IMG/VR virus record: IMGVR_UViG_3300024503_000015
Coordinates: 124,001 to 188,000 of that record
Reading direction: 5' to 3' (one strand)
Length of the DNA: 64,000 nucleotides
Shown here: positions 29,060-37,626 of the stretch, piece by piece
Position numbering within the stretch: the stretch's first letter is position 1
Layout of the letters: each line of letters opens with the position of its first letter
Translations under genes and position numbers: made by a program
Notes under the pieces: model-generated
What the model was told of the DNA's origin: nothing
The model's database searches: none
Seen by the model: the letters and a program-made list of their open reading frames with translations, nothing else

Positions 29060-29520
29060 ATACAGTCACCTTGTTCTGCCAGTTTACTGGCGCTTGATTT
29101 TTCTTTACCTGCTTGTCTAAACAGTTTAACATCTTTAATTGCAGATTTCAATGTTTCGGCATAATTCAGTGCCTGTTGTTCAGTCATAGAAATAGTTGTT
29201 TCAACGGTCACTGCACCAGTTGTCCAAAGTTGCCAAGTTACTTTCAAACGAGTCCATAGCCCATTAATTAAATCTTTAACAAACCAATCAATCTCTTGTA
29301 GATACGGACTATCAATATCGTATCTTTTTTCAACTAGTTCAGACCAATAATCAGTTTTAGCAGTTGCGTAAATGTTTACATTAATACCAGTCTCACTAGA
29401 TTCAACTTCTACATTGTGATCGTGATACTCTTGCCCGCAACCGCAGACAATTTGATAAAACTTAGTGTCGCCAAAGTCACTGCGTTTTAGAATTCCTTCT
29501 GCTGGTTGCTCTAATTTCAT
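29056..29520 (-). CDS. Hypothetical protein, 154 aa
   Basis: Co-oriented; CxC...H at the N-terminus. Confidence 0.5.
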   Translation of the reverse strand: MKLEQPAEGILKRSDFGDTKFYQIVCGCGQEYHDHNVEVESSETGINVNIYATAKTDYWSELVEKRYDIDSPYLQEIDWFVKDLINGLWTRLKVTWQLWTTGAVTVETTISMTEQQALNYAETLKSAIKDVKLFRQAGKEKSSASKLAEQGDCI

Positions 29521-29843
29521 TGTTTGAACATCTCTAAGTTAATAATTTTAGCAACACGCTCGCCAATATCTTCTCCGTTAGGAATCACATAAGTTTGACT
29601 TTCGTGTCTATCTTTACGGTCATCGTAGTGTCTTACATTTAAAATTTTACCACCGACGGCGGTGCTTAATTCGAAAGTGATTCGTCCTTCACCTTCTGCA
29701 CGACCGCGTTCTATTGCTTGTGCTGTTCCGATTGCCAATTTATACTCTCTTTCTTTCATAGTTGCTTCTTCGTACTTGTGTCGATTATCCCACATATCGC
29801 GGACTTTTCCATACAACCATTTATCGACAAAATTCATTTGCAT
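29517..29843 (-). CDS. Hypothetical protein
   Basis: GGAG RBS before the ATG at 29843. Confidence 0.5.
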   Translation of the reverse strand: MQMNFVDKWLYGKVRDMWDNRHKYEEATMKEREYKLAIGTAQAIERGRAEGEGRITFELSTAVGGKILNVRHYDDRKDRHESQTYVIPNGEDIGERVAKIINLEMFKQ

Positions 29844-30049
29844 GTCTCCAACCATTTATCAAGAATATTTACAGCATCATTGAAATCGATACCATATACT
29901 TCTGCACTGATAACATTGTCTTTGATTTGTATATCAAACGGAACAGTTCCGTTAAATCGAAAATCTTCGGGAACATCTGTCTCTACAATATACTTGTGTA
30001 GATTTTTTGCTCTATTAATTAAATTAGTCGCCATGTCTACTGAATTCAT
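29834..30049 (-). CDS. Hypothetical protein, 71 aa
   Basis: Coupled ATGA overlap with folE. Confidence 0.45.
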   Translation of the reverse strand: MNSVDMATNLINRAKNLHKYIVETDVPEDFRFNGTVPFDIQIKDNVISAEVYGIDFNDAVNILDKWLETCK

Positions 30050-30744
30050 CTTGGTGCAAACTCCTGTTGTAGTTTAATGTTATCAAAGAACTCTTTCTTT
30101 GTACCAGCATCGTCTTTGAACGCACCTTTAAGTACAGTAGTTTGAGTTAATGAACTATGTGCCATAATGCCACGATTCTCACAGCATCCATGAACTGCCT
30201 GAATATAAACGCCAATATCACTTGCGCCAGTGGCCTTTTCAATTTCTCTGGCTATGTCGTTACACAATTCTTCCTGTAAGGTACCACGACGAGCGCACCA
30301 TTGCGCGATTCGTGTGTATTTTGACAGCCCAATGAGTTTTTGGGCGGCGATGATTCCGATGTAGGCAACACCAGAAACAGGCTGATGATGATGACTACAC
30401 ATACTACGAAGCTCACTCCTAACCACCAACATACCCTCATAACGATCTTCGCTATCGTTAGGAAACGCTGTTGCATCTGGTGCTGGTTCATATCTTCCTG
30501 CCATTATTTCGTTAAAGTACATTTTTGCTAATCGTTTCGCTGTACCGTGCGAGTTAGGATCTGTCTCTCTGTCAATAAGAAGTTTGTCTAAAACACTTTC
30601 AAATGCCTCAGTTGCTTCTTTGATTAGTTGTTCTTTGACTAGATCAGATTCGATGTATTCGCTGATGTTATCTCCTGCCCAGAATCTTTTTCCGTCTAGG
30701 ACCATCTTTTCGCGAATCGCTTGTGCTAAATTTTTTTCTGACAT
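30046..30744 (-). CDS. folE: GTP cyclohydrolase I
   Basis: SMCSHHHQP, GLSKYTRI, RRGTLQE, AVHGCCENRG zinc-ligand motifs. Confidence 0.95.
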   Translation of the reverse strand: MSEKNLAQAIREKMVLDGKRFWAGDNISEYIESDLVKEQLIKEATEAFESVLDKLLIDRETDPNSHGTAKRLAKMYFNEIMAGRYEPAPDATAFPNDSEDRYEGMLVVRSELRSMCSHHHQPVSGVAYIGIIAAQKLIGLSKYTRIAQWCARRGTLQEELCNDIAREIEKATGASDIGVYIQAVHGCCENRGIMAHSSLTQTTVLKGAFKDDAGTKKEFFDNIKLQQEFAPR

Positions 30745-30781
30745 TATTTCTCCGAGTTATAGACGAGGATGTCTATGTAAT

Positions 30782-30810
30782 ATAATATAGTTTATTTAGG
30801 TTTTTGTCAA
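30782..30810 (-). promoter_or_regulatory. sigma70 promoter with embedded CTAAATA, upstream of folE
   Basis: TTGACA-17 nt-TATTAT; spacer AAAACCTAAATAAACTA. Confidence 0.7.
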
Positions 30811-31023
30811 CTAAGTGCGTATACTTTTCTTATCAATATGTTGTTGTTCATATCGTAATCTACGGCATTCTTCCCTGACTGTATTAGGGATATCAGGATG
30901 CCATTCTGCCATCCCGCAATCATAGATGCGAGTTTGACTACCGTAATCGGTAAAAATAAGAATAAGCACAGCCGCTATTAAAGCGACTGCGGCTGTAATC
31001 TTTCCGATAATAGTATCCGACAT
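30811..31023 (-). CDS. Small membrane protein, 70 aa
   Basis: N-terminal hydrophobic helix. Confidence 0.5.
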   Translation of the reverse strand: MSDTIIGKITAAVALIAAVLILIFTDYGSQTRIYDCGMAEWHPDIPNTVREECRRLRYEQQHIDKKSIRT

Positions 31024-31211
31024 AAGTCAGCATCCTTTTTTGATTTGAATGTAAATTTCATGTAGTCGTGTTGTGGATGACTTTCGTATCTTCCGCCAGG
31101 TAGGCCAAATACTTCGAGCACCATGGCGCAAGTTTCATTCCACCAAAAACCTGATTGCCCGTCCCAATGGACGTAGATATTATTCTGATCTTCCACTGGT
31201 GCAACTATCAT
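30978..31211 (-). CDS. Hypothetical protein, 77 aa
   Basis: Co-oriented ORF. Confidence 0.5.
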   Translation of the reverse strand: MIVAPVEDQNNIYVHWDGQSGFWWNETCAMVLEVFGLPGGRYESHPQHDYMKFTFKSKKDADLCRILLSERLQPQSL

Positions 31212-31380
31212 TCCAAAGTTCTTGTGCTCTGCGCTTATAGTCTTCTAATTCCCACACGGCTAATTTTTCACGAAATACTTCTTCGCTTAATCCGTGCCAG
31301 CCGATACAGTCTCCTGTAGGACTACGACCACAACCGCAAGTTCCAATTTTCTTTCCTTCTTCAGGTACTCTTACTTGCAT
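31180..31380 (-). CDS. Small CDGSH-type iron-sulfur/zinc-finger protein
   Basis: CGCGRSPTGDCIGWH resembles C-x-C-x2-S...C-D-G-S-H; start MQVRV at 31380. Confidence 0.6.
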   Translation of the reverse strand: MQVRVPEEGKKIGTCGCGRSPTGDCIGWHGLSEEVFREKLAVWELEDYKRRAQELWNDSCTSGRSE

Positions 31381-31744
31381 TTTTATAATTTCCTTTACTT
31401 GGTATAACGTGACGAACCCCGCCACGAGGGTCTTCCATATCACCCTTGCGTCTAGGGATCATGTGTATATGAGGATACATTACTGTTTGGCCAGCAGTCT
31501 CGCCACAGTTTTGTCCGACATTAAAAGCGTCCCAACGTTCAGATTGGACACCATCGAACCCGAACTTGTATGCTCCTTTGAAACATTCGACGATGTTGGT
31601 AAAACGTTCATAGGTTGGCACAAAAAGCAAATGTCCTTCCGTAACTGGGTAGGCATCGTTGAAGACCCAATAGTCTTTTGTTCTGTACTCGATACTAGTC
31701 CATGGTGCTCTGCGTTCATCTAGTGCCCTTTCTAAATCAGTCAT
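31361..31744 (-). CDS. HIT-family nucleotide hydrolase
   Basis: YPVTEGHLLFVP, GQTVMYPHIHMIPR histidine triad; start MTDLE at 31744. Confidence 0.9.
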   Translation of the reverse strand: MTDLERALDERRAPWTSIEYRTKDYWVFNDAYPVTEGHLLFVPTYERFTNIVECFKGAYKFGFDGVQSERWDAFNVGQNCGETAGQTVMYPHIHMIPRRKGDMEDPRGGVRHVIPSKGNYKNASKST

Positions 31745-32292
31745 AACCAAAATTCTTCCCAAGGATAAACAAGCCAACAATCTTCTTGTCGCTTGTCTAC
31801 GGTCCAAACATGATAGTCTGGATCTTTAAACTCACTGCCGTAATTATGTGTTAATACAGCAAAACGAACATTGTCTCCCCATACTTGATTCCATGCTTCA
31901 TCGTTAGGAAAACAACCACTGGGCCAATCTTTCTTAATCCAATTAAGAGTAGATCCTTGATCGTTAATATCGTCTACAATTAAGATTTTCTTTTTAAGAC
32001 GTTCTAAATGTTTGTGATCGCCCCAAATGTGCCTTTCGTCATTGGGAACAACTCCCAAGGCATCTTCGGCCATCCAAAGATTACTTTCGCAATCGTTTTT
32101 ATTATCGCGAAGGCTGACATTAAGTGTGTGCATCTTAATGCCAGTATATTGACTTAGTAAGTTAGCCGGAACAAGACCACCGCGTGTAATACCTACAATA
32201 TAGTCAGGCCTCCAATTATGTTCAGACATTTGGCGAGCAATTTCTAAACATGCGCCTTCAACTTGTGACCAACTGTAGTATACTTTCTTCAT
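31741..32292 (-). CDS. Type I phosphoribosyltransferase (xanthine/guanine PRTase-like)
   Basis: IVGITRGGLVPA and PRPP loop LIVDDINDQGST; C-terminal VYPWE; start MKKVY at 32292. Confidence 0.85.
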   Translation of the reverse strand: MKKVYYSWSQVEGACLEIARQMSEHNWRPDYIVGITRGGLVPANLLSQYTGIKMHTLNVSLRDNKNDCESNLWMAEDALGVVPNDERHIWGDHKHLERLKKKILIVDDINDQGSTLNWIKKDWPSGCFPNDEAWNQVWGDNVRFAVLTHNYGSEFKDPDYHVWTVDKRQEDCWLVYPWEEFWL

Positions 32293-32525
32293 GCAGTTAA
32301 CCCATAGGCCAATGATTGACATTCTTCTTTAGTCATAAAGAAATTATAAGTTTGTGTACCAACAACTTCACCGTCTTTAAGACTTTCTTGAACCATATCG
32401 ATACTAAACAAACCTTTAGGGCTTAGTACTTCGTGTTTCTTTAATGTTAGCCTAAAACCGGCGTGTTCTTTGACAACCATTTCTTTATAAGTATCTCTAA
32501 CTGATTCATGTAGTTCCATCATCAT
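32289..32525 (-). CDS. Hypothetical protein, 78 aa
   Basis: Co-oriented ORF. Confidence 0.5.
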   Translation of the reverse strand: MMMELHESVRDTYKEMVVKEHAGFRLTLKKHEVLSPKGLFSIDMVQESLKDGEVVGTQTYNFFMTKEECQSLAYGLTA

Positions 32526-32958
32526 CTCCTTTAATTGCGTCCCACGTTCTATATTTGGCTAATGCCTTAATATAGTCATCATACATCTTTTTTAACTTTG
32601 GATGCTTCTTTTCTAGTTTAACATCTCGCTCGGGAATTTGCAAGACTTTTTCAATTGTGTTTAACCTTTCTTCTAGGTCAACACCATTTAATACCATTCG
32701 ACCTTTAACTTCTAACTCCGGTGGATCGTTTTTGGCAACCATCACCGGATTGGTAGTAGGATTAGCCCAAGTTACATTTGTACCTGTAGTATAAGTTAAC
32801 GGCACAGATGTAGTGCCGGCTCCGGTTGAAATCGTATATCCACTGCCAGAGCCGCCTGTGCCGTTCGATACTAAAACACTACCTGAACCGGCACCGGAAC
32901 CTGCTATGCCGCCGGCTGTATTAAGTATTACGCTTCCGTGATTGTAAGTATAGCTCAT
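32506..32958 (-). CDS. Hypothetical protein with Gly/Thr-rich N-terminus
   Basis: Co-oriented ORF. Confidence 0.5.
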   Translation of the reverse strand: MSYTYNHGSVILNTAGGIAGSGAGSGSVLVSNGTGGSGSGYTISTGAGTTSVPLTYTTGTNVTWANPTTNPVMVAKNDPPELEVKGRMVLNGVDLEERLNTIEKVLQIPERDVKLEKKHPKLKKMYDDYIKALAKYRTWDAIKGDDDGTT

Positions 32959-33376
32959 TTGGTATCCATTTATTATTAACGAGAAATCCCCATTCTCTCT
33001 TTTGCGGACCTGGCATAAAAAGTGTCCAACACTCTACGTTGGGATCAATTTCAATTCTATGAAAACTGTTGGCACTACAAATTCTAAAGTGTCCAGGCTT
33101 TCTCCATTTGGCAATTTCACAGACCTTTACTCCCTGGCTGTTAAATTGAGGAATCCATTCCCAATAGCCACCTTTTAGAATAAGTGTGGCATAAGGCCAT
33201 GGGTGATCATGCACATCATCTGGATCACCTTTATGAAACTTGTGTAAGAATACATTAAATGGAAACCATTTACGATCCTTTAAAAATAGATAATAACGTG
33301 TAAGTAACGGCTCGTCACAGGTACGATCCATAATAATACGCTTGCGACCGAGACGTTCTAACAGTTTTAATATCAT
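32921..33376 (-). CDS. Cupin-fold metal-binding protein
   Basis: LHKFH...VHDHPW...LKGGYWE...FHRI...WTLF double-stranded beta-helix pattern. Confidence 0.7.
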   Translation of the reverse strand: MILKLLERLGRKRIIMDRTCDEPLLTRYYLFLKDRKWFPFNVFLHKFHKGDPDDVHDHPWPYATLILKGGYWEWIPQFNSQGVKVCEIAKWRKPGHFRICSANSFHRIEIDPNVECWTLFMPGPQKREWGFLVNNKWIPNELYLQSRKRNT

Positions 33377-34446
33377 ACAAGTCTTTCTAAGAGTCCATTT
33401 GCAGAAAAGAAATTTTCAGTTAAGTCTTGAGTTTGTTTTCTAAGTTGTGGTAAAAACTTTTCATAGTTATCCATATACTGGATAATCTTTGCACATATTT
33501 CTGGACGGTGTGCTTTATATGCTTCGAAACTTTCAGTCCATTCACTAGGATACTTAAAAGTATCATAGCCCATTTCACTGTAACTAAGTCTATCTGGCAC
33601 CATAGGAATAGCATCTACAACAGCGCCTTCATACCAACTAATCCCTAATGTCTCTTGTAAGTTTGCAGAGAACACTAATTTCGATTCGCCTAACAAGTTA
33701 TGATATTCATTTTTTGTTAGTTGTTGATCCTGACAGACTACGAACTCGTACTGTGGCAAGTGTTCTTTTAAATCTCTAAAAATTTCAACTTGCTTCTCGG
33801 GTGCGATGCGATGAGGGAAAAGAATTAAATCACGTTTTTTCATCCCTTTATATGGAGTTAATGTATCTTCCATATACTCCATTGGCCAACCTGTGCGTAC
33901 AATTTTTCCTTTATCGATATATGATGCTTTTGCAGTATCGTAATCTATGTTTAAAAGATTATGACAAAACATTTCAATATGGAATGTTGTAGCAAAGTAG
34001 TTATGATCTATAGCATGAAAGAAACTCTTTTCAGCATTTCTGACCCAAGGAGCATCGCCAATTAGACGACCTAAAAAGTCCTGTGGATCGTAACTACCGG
34101 CATGCCATAGTGCGTGAATAGTTACAGGAATCTGTAACAGTTCACTCATATACTTTAGGTTGATGATACCAGGGTGCCAAGCATCAGTAAAGATGAAGTG
34201 ATCATTAGGAGCCACTGATCCGGCGCAAAACAACCTACCCATTTGCTCAACTTGAGCAGACTTGTATATATTGGTGCCACCAAAATTAAGAAAAGCACCA
34301 GGAGTAGTGGCTGAAGGAATATCCGTAGGCCCAGATAAAACTTGAACATCGTGTCCTCTCTTTCTCAGGATAGCCGGTAGGTGGGTCTTCCACTGCGCTG
34401 TATAGCGTGTTTCTACCGGCTCAAGGTCTACTAAGTAGACGGTCAT
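33373..34446 (-). CDS. GT-B glycosyltransferase
   Basis: C-terminal FPHRIAPEKQ and FSANLQETLGISWYEG resemble the GT-B R/K and E-x7-E donor-binding motifs. Confidence 0.75.
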   Translation of the reverse strand: MTVYLVDLEPVETRYTAQWKTHLPAILRKRGHDVQVLSGPTDIPSATTPGAFLNFGGTNIYKSAQVEQMGRLFCAGSVAPNDHFIFTDAWHPGIINLKYMSELLQIPVTIHALWHAGSYDPQDFLGRLIGDAPWVRNAEKSFFHAIDHNYFATTFHIEMFCHNLLNIDYDTAKASYIDKGKIVRTGWPMEYMEDTLTPYKGMKKRDLILFPHRIAPEKQVEIFRDLKEHLPQYEFVVCQDQQLTKNEYHNLLGESKLVFSANLQETLGISWYEGAVVDAIPMVPDRLSYSEMGYDTFKYPSEWTESFEAYKAHRPEICAKIIQYMDNYEKFLPQLRKQTQDLTENFFSANGLLERLV

Positions 34447-34676
34447 TGGCGACCATTCCTGTAGTTGTTATTGTACCCGTTGTTATTACGGGGACGATTT
34501 TCAAATCGTCTGTCGTTGTTATAACGACGAGGACGCTTAGACGCCTCGTAAGCCTGCCAAGTTTTACTTTGGCGGTTATACAAGTCTGCCTCATTGTAAG
34601 GCAGAAGGTTGAATCTGCAAAAATCTAGCAGATTGTCAAGATCGTCAAAAATTTGAACGACTTCTTTTTTCATCAT
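34443..34676 (-). CDS. Hypothetical protein, Arg/Asn-rich tail
   Basis: Co-oriented, coupled overlap. Confidence 0.5.
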   Translation of the reverse strand: MMKKEVVQIFDDLDNLLDFCRFNLLPYNEADLYNRQSKTWQAYEASKRPRRYNNDRRFENRPRNNNGYNNNYRNGRQ

Positions 34677-34684
34677 TGTTTCCT

Positions 34685-35080
34685 TTAGTATTTGATGAAT
34701 GAACCATTTTCTCCGTCTTCGGAGACCTCAATCCAAATCTCGCGATTTGGATACTTCTTGCTAATGATGTCATGTAATTCGTCAGACATCATTTCACAAC
34801 TCTTGTAGTCAAGGCTTATAGTGGCACCTTGACCATTATACAACGACTCGAGCCATCGTTTGAATTGGATGAATTCGATGTCCCTGTCATTGTGTTGCAC
34901 ACTGATCCACACCCTGAAATGAAAGATGTGGCGATGAGGGTGACCCAAAAACGATACGTCATATTCGTCTCCTGTTGCTAGATTAGGATCTGTTAGTGCC
35001 GCAGGATACTTATGGATACCTTCTTTGCGGAAAGTTACCCAGATCATTTTGTTTGGTCTAATGTCTTGTTTGATAATCAT
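34685..35080 (-). CDS. QueD-like T-fold protein with LxxxHRHxF motif (DpdL-like candidate)
   Basis: FLGHPHRHIFHF in place of QueD CxxxHGH; SCEM substrate-Glu motif; start MIIKQ at 35080. Confidence 0.7.
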   Translation of the reverse strand: MIIKQDIRPNKMIWVTFRKEGIHKYPAALTDPNLATGDEYDVSFLGHPHRHIFHFRVWISVQHNDRDIEFIQFKRWLESLYNGQGATISLDYKSCEMMSDELHDIISKKYPNREIWIEVSEDGENGSFIKY

Positions 35081-35616
35081 GTTGGTGTATCTTGAGTGTA
35101 CAAATCCCAATGAGTATACTTGTCTTTAGTCATTAGGCTTTGTAAATGATGTGTCCACACACCTGGATTTGTAGCACCCCAAGTTCGGTCATCCAGTTTG
35201 AGTGTGGCATTGTAGTTGAGTTGATTAATGTAGGGTAACTTGACACTAATCATAGGTACAAACTTGGGATATTCGTTATAAGCAGACTCTAGTACGCCTT
35301 CGATGTGTTCAACACCAAAGTCTAGAGCTACCCAATAGCCTGCTTTTAGACAGCCTATAATAACTTCGTCCCATGCTTTGTATTCTTCGTGTGAAATACT
35401 TTTAGGATTAAAACTTTGACTAGTGCCAAAGTAAATTTGTTTAATGCGTTTGTTTTCGTCTAAGTATGCTTGTGTGTCACCAGCAATACGTAGTATTTCT
35501 TCTAGCGGAGGAGTGCCTACTACAAATAGTGTATACATACCATAGCAAATAGTATGTTCGACTTCGTAGCCTGTAAAGTAGACAATGTCTTGTCTTTCTT
35601 CAGTGTTTAATCCCAT
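35077..35616 (-). CDS. Uncharacterised protein embedded in the deazaguanine cluster, 179 aa
   Basis: Coupled to both neighbours; no motif recognised. Confidence 0.6.
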   Translation of the reverse strand: MGLNTEERQDIVYFTGYEVEHTICYGMYTLFVVGTPPLEEILRIAGDTQAYLDENKRIKQIYFGTSQSFNPKSISHEEYKAWDEVIIGCLKAGYWVALDFGVEHIEGVLESAYNEYPKFVPMISVKLPYINQLNYNATLKLDDRTWGATNPGVWTHHLQSLMTKDKYTHWDLYTQDTPT

Positions 35617-36497
35617 TTAATATAACCTCTGCTATAACCATTTGGACGATCCACACCATCCGCAAATGCTTGTTGCCATTCTGTGTTACGATTATAACCT
35701 TTTGTCCAGAAAGAATCAACCTCTAGTTTACCGTTTTCAATCATCCAACGTGCTTCAAACATAGCACCAATAAATTCTTCTGTTCTTGGACTTGGTTTAA
35801 CTGTAGTAACAGCCTTCCAAAGTTGTTGTTGTGCTTCTTCTTTACTTACTGCTTTACCAACAGCATCAATGATTACTGCATTGTTATTTAGATTAATGTC
35901 GGTACCTAGTTGATATTTTCCAGATAAATCTACTATCAAATCGTAACTGTCGGTAGTACCTAACAGTAACGCATCTCCCCAAAGTTCCTGATTACTAGAA
36001 CCTAGTACATCTACTTCAAGTTCTGGAAAATGATGTGCCAGGTTATTAAAAACTACCCATGCAAGGAAACCACTACCTAGGATTAAGCATTTACCATTTT
36101 GTCTACGTTCAAAAAGAGTATACGCTTGTCTAATACAGTTAACACCACAGGCCACTGGTTCTAAAATGTAACGTGGATGTAGTTCTAAAACTGTTACAAA
36201 CTCACCGTCACGACAGTTGTAATAATCTGCGTATGCTGGTTCGCCGCGGGTAGCAACATAATCGCCTACTTTAACACCTAATACACTGGCACCGACTTTA
36301 GTTACGATTCCTAGACCTTCGTGACCTTGCATGTGTAGTGGTAAAGGTCCAAAGTTGCCCTGCATCATATCTATGTCACTGCGACATACACCAGTCATAA
36401 CTGCTTTAACTTCAATTTCAGTTGACGTAGGTTCTGGCTTTGCATATTCTACTTCTTCAAAGTAACCTTGTCCAGTTGTTTGTAGACAGCGTGTCAT
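35607..36497 (-). CDS. Zn-dependent medium-chain dehydrogenase/reductase
   Basis: GVCRSD, GHEGLG catalytic Zn ligands, ILGSGFLA Rossmann; no structural-Zn Cys loop; start MTRCL at 36497. Confidence 0.85.
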   Translation of the reverse strand: MTRCLQTTGQGYFEEVEYAKPEPTSTEIEVKAVMTGVCRSDIDMMQGNFGPLPLHMQGHEGLGIVTKVGASVLGVKVGDYVATRGEPAYADYYNCRDGEFVTVLELHPRYILEPVACGVNCIRQAYTLFERRQNGKCLILGSGFLAWVVFNNLAHHFPELEVDVLGSSNQELWGDALLLGTTDSYDLIVDLSGKYQLGTDINLNNNAVIIDAVGKAVSKEEAQQQLWKAVTTVKPSPRTEEFIGAMFEARWMIENGKLEVDSFWTKGYNRNTEWQQAFADGVDRPNGYSRGYIKWD

Positions 36498-37372
36498 AGT
36501 TTTTCTATTCTTTCGTGTATCCAAAGGTCAATTTCTAACTGTACTTTCCAGTACTCGTCATTATTTAGGTTTTCTACAGCATCTTTAATCATATTTAGGT
36601 ACGCTTCTTCTGGACACCAGCCTAACTCAAATACATCTTTGGTATTATCTTGATTAATAAATGTAATAGCACTACGTTCAACAGTCATACTGCGCCAGTT
36701 AGCACGGCAGTTCCATTTAGAACCAAATCCAATGTGACACTGGTCGTCTACATCATAAGTTCCATTTGGGTTTACAGTACCATACTCTGTGCTTTCGATA
36801 TCTTTTAACAGCCATGATTGTATAGATGATTCGCCGTTAACTTTTTCTATGCGCCAGTCTGGATGTAGTGCAATATACAAACTTAATAAGTGTGGCATTA
36901 AGTCCCTACTAACTCCGCCAAATGCTAGTTTGCGTGTAGTAAACCAACTACCTGGGCTAGGAATACAGTTCTTTCTAATCCATTCGATGTCTACATTCTT
37001 TGCTACTTTAGCCTTTTCCTGTAATTCTGCAATATTGTCACGCCACATATTATTTTTAACCATCATAAATCGTGTGCGTGGAAATCTTTTACATAATTTA
37101 GCCCATTCGTTTCTATTAATCAGTCCAGGCTTTTCAATAAAGACAATTTTACTGATAGGAGCCAGTTTAACGGCTAATTCTAAATGCGTAAAATTTGGTG
37201 TGCAAATATGTACGGTGTCAAAAGACCCGTGAAGTAATATGGCTGGTTCTATACTAGGGAAGTCGGCATTTTTATTAATGTCTGTATCGACAGTACAAAC
37301 TTCATAACCTAATTGAGTTAGGACAGATTTATATAACTGTCCTATTCCCATTCCTACAACTAAACTTTTCAT
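36494..37372 (-). CDS. Gfo/Idh/MocA-family oxidoreductase
   Basis: VVGMGIG, VHICTPNFTH, FIEKP, GGVSRDLMPH. Confidence 0.87.
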   Translation of the reverse strand: MKSLVVGMGIGQLYKSVLTQLGYEVCTVDTDINKNADFPSIEPAILLHGSFDTVHICTPNFTHLELAVKLAPISKIVFIEKPGLINRNEWAKLCKRFPRTRFMMVKNNMWRDNIAELQEKAKVAKNVDIEWIRKNCIPSPGSWFTTRKLAFGGVSRDLMPHLLSLYIALHPDWRIEKVNGESSIQSWLLKDIESTEYGTVNPNGTYDVDDQCHIGFGSKWNCRANWRSMTVERSAITFINQDNTKDVFELGWCPEEAYLNMIKDAVENLNNDEYWKVQLEIDLWIHERIEKL

Positions 37373-37626
37373 CTATATGTTGGTAGTTCGTTAACACATT
37401 TAATAAGAGATCCGGATTGTTTGCCCGCTAATTGATGTAGCGCATAATCCGGAGAGGATACACAGGCTTCGTGCCCATTGAATTTATCTGCTAGGGCAAT
37501 GGTGTTGCCAGTTTCTGCAAATTTAATTACAAGATAGTAGTCGTTTGGACCCACGGCATCTGCCGTTTTATAAAACAAACCAAAACTTAATACTGCTAAA
37601 ACACCAATGCCTAGTAGTTTTTTCAT
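37369..37626 (-). CDS. Small exported protein, 85 aa
   Basis: Signal peptide MKKLLGIGVLAVLSFG; two Cys. Confidence 0.55.
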   Translation of the reverse strand: MKKLLGIGVLAVLSFGLFYKTADAVGPNDYYLVIKFAETGNTIALADKFNGHEACVSSPDYALHQLAGKQSGSLIKCVNELPTYR

